Below, one piece after another: positions 62,181 to 64,000 of a stretch of DNA of 64,000 nucleotides (its first letter is position 1; each line of letters starts with the position of its first letter). Source of the stretch: Candidatus Accumulibacter proximus. GTDB taxonomy: Bacteria; Pseudomonadota; Gammaproteobacteria; Burkholderiales; Rhodocyclaceae. The notes beneath the pieces are model-generated. The model was not told the origin of the DNA. It did not search any database and saw only the letters and a program-made list of their open reading frames with translations. Both the position numbers and the translations under genes were made by a program. The stretch lies in NCBI GenBank assembly GCA_016709675.1, contig JADJMH010000016.1, positions 94,822 through 158,821 of the forward strand, given 5' to 3'.

Positions 62181-64000
62181 TCAGGCGCCGGACTTGAGTT
62201 TCACGGTGGCTTGCGCCGCAAGAACGACCGCGATTTCCGGCTTGTCGGCACGCGCGGCAGTAACGCTGAACGTCGTGTCCGCCGTGATCGGTCCGGTCGG
62301 CAGGACGATGCTCGCCCCGTTACCAGGCAGCGGCGGGCCGATGGCGGCCTGCCCGGAAAGCAACTGGTAATCGATGCCGCGCTGGCTTTGTTCGACGACG
62401 ATCTGGCTGCCAGCGTTCAGCGCGACAGTGTCGGCGGTCGCCGATACCGGCAGTGCCGCGTTCGGCCGCACCAGCACCTGCACCGCTACGACGCGCTCGA
62501 CGCGGATGCCTTGCTCAACGACGCTGGAGACGACCACCTCGCAGGCTGCATCTGCGTTCAACGGCTCGCTGCTGATGACCAGTTCGCCATGGTTCCCGGT
62601 CAGCGCCGGCCTCACTGCACCGCCAGCAAGCGTCACCTGATACTGGTCTTCCGGTTGGCTGTCGGGGATCACGATCTTAGTGCTGCTGCCGTAGTCGATC
62701 ACCGCCTGATCGGCGCGGATCGCGGGTACCGCCGCGAGCTGCGCGAGTTGTGCCATCGCCACCTCGACCTTGGTCTGCGCTTTCACCGCGCGGCAGGCCA
62801 GGCTGGTGCCGGCCGGCAAGGGCGTGATGTCGAGCAGCGGCAGACGCGGAAAAGCCCTCGCCAGGTCGGCGCCCACGGCCAGTGGAGGTTGCAGATCGGT
62901 GGCGAGCGCCAGATCGATCTCGACGCCGAGTTGATCGACGCCCTTGTTCTGCGTCACGTCGTGTTCATCACGCTGGTGGAAATACGCCGGCAGCGGAAAG
63001 TCATCACCTGCCGGCGACGGCCGGAAGTGGTAGAAGACCCCCAGTTGACCACCGGCGACCTGCAGGCTGTCGCCCGTCTGCGCGCCGATCAGCGGCACGC
63101 GCAGCGTCAGCACCCGCTCCGGGTCGGGGCGCACGAGCAGCGCTGCGGCCTGGTTCAAGTGGACCGCCGAAGTGATGATTGCCGAATCCGGACTGTCGGC
63201 ATCGACCCGATGCTCTTTCAGCGCCTGGACGATGATCAGCGAGTCGTCGGTCAAGGACGGTATCGCCAGGCGCAAATCCCCGCCGGTGCCGGGCACCGGA
63301 CCGTCACCGAGCGCCACGTATCCCACGGGCGTCTGCCACGTTCGCCACGCACTGGGGGCCGTTGGCGGCGGCTTTTGCACTTGCACATCCGGCCACCCCG
63401 GTACCGGCACCGTCGCGAGGTCCGCACCGCCGGCGTCGCCGTGCACGAAGTCGGCGTCCGGTATTCGACGCAGGTAGGCGCGGTAGAAAACACTCCCTTG
63501 CGTGTCGGCAATCTTGATCGCCGCGCCATGACGGTAGTCAACAATCGGCTGCGGGTCGGCCGAGACGGCGAGCCCCGGATTGGCGAGCACCTTGAGGTGC
63601 AGGCGGGTTTCCAGCAGATCACTCTCGTCGGGCCGGTTTGCGGAAGCGGGGAAGGTCTTGGTCGCGCGCACCCGAATCACGGCATCCTCGGTCATCGGGC
63701 CGGTCTGCAGACTGACCGCGCCCAGATCGCCGGGCTTGCTTTCGGTTCCCTCTTGCTCGTCGACGATCAGCCCGAGCAGCGAATACTGGACTCCCTCCTG
63801 CGTCTTGTCGACCTGCACCTCGACGCTGCACCCGTAGGGAACGATGCGCGCATCGGAAGGCTTCGGATCGGAGAGCGTGCCATCGAGCACCTGCGCTGCC
63901 AGGATGCTGATGGCGAGGCTCGTGTCAATGCCGACCTTGACCGGCGCGGTCTCGTTGAGAAAACGCGGGCTCTGCGCCGGCAGCGTCGAGCCCGCAGCGC
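62181..64000 (-). CDS. Large beta-rich repeat protein of the eCIS locus (5' end outside window)
   Basis: Reading frame stays open to the window edge; recurring unit I.I..SQ.G..YQL...G.G..L.TGP...D..F.V.A (Ig-like repeats inferred). Confidence 0.75.
   Translation of the reverse strand, partial: AAGSTLPAQSPRFLNETAPVKVGIDTSLAISILAAQVLDGTLSDPKPSDARIVPYGCSVEVQVDKTQEGVQYSLLGLIVDEQEGTESKPGDLGAVSLQTGPMTEDAVIRVRATKTFPASANRPDESDLLETRLHLKVLANPGLAVSADPQPIVDYRHGAAIKIADTQGSVFYRAYLRRIPDADFVHGDAGGADLATVPVPGWPDVQVQKPPPTAPSAWRTWQTPVGYVALGDGPVPGTGGDLRLAIPSLTDDSLIIVQALKEHRVDADSPDSAIITSAVHLNQAAALLVRPDPERVLTLRVPLIGAQTGDSLQVAGGQLGVFYHFRPSPAGDDFPLPAYFHQRDEHDVTQNKGVDQLGVEIDLALATDLQPPLAVGADLARAFPRLPLLDITPLPAGTSLACRAVKAQTKVEVAMAQLAQLAAVPAIRADQAVIDYGSSTKIVIPDSQPEDQYQVTLAGGAVRPALTGNHGELVISSEPLNADAACEVVVSSVVEQGIRVERVVAVQVLVRPNAALPVSATADTVALNAGSQIVVEQSQRGIDYQLLSGQAAIGPPLPGNGASIVLPTGPITADTTFSVTAARADKPEIAVVLAAQATVKLKSGA

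Overview
High-GC betaproteobacterial chromosome segment. Gene content and order (tadA, ygfZ, mltG-tmk-holB-pilZ-tatD, etfBA, glpK) suggest Rhodocyclales, possibly Candidatus Accumulibacter-like; this is inference. It probably spans the replication terminus: a XerC/XerD dif-like 28-mer lies at 40515-40542, and both KOPS motifs and gene orientation mostly converge on it. From left to right: (1) a DUF2252 gene, then an operon in which an Mrp/Mnh-type antiporter module (E-F-G-B-C-D) sits between an RND pump and its outer-membrane factor, with two copies of a short element at gene junctions; (2) a ~15 kb zone (14.6-29 kb) rich in decayed genes, including a reverse transcriptase remnant, NACHT/FGE-sulfatase genes with a DGR-type variable region, an SmsCB-like sufC-sufB pair and a doubly deleted groES-groEL, plus a long-form hisI-hisG pair; (3) housekeeping and fatty-acid/ETF genes; (4) toxin-antitoxin and IS21 remnants with TGACCCC tandem repeats; (5) the distal end of an extracellular contractile injection system (eCIS) locus: a beta-repeat protein, a tape-measure protein with an internal duplication, an AAA+ ATPase, and a ~1700-aa effector with an AT-rich unrecognised C-terminal domain coupled to an AT-rich putative immunity gene. 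This effector-immunity pair is the best candidate for an undescribed system. Several single-base frameshifts may be sequencing errors. All family assignments come from motif recognition by eye; no searches were run.
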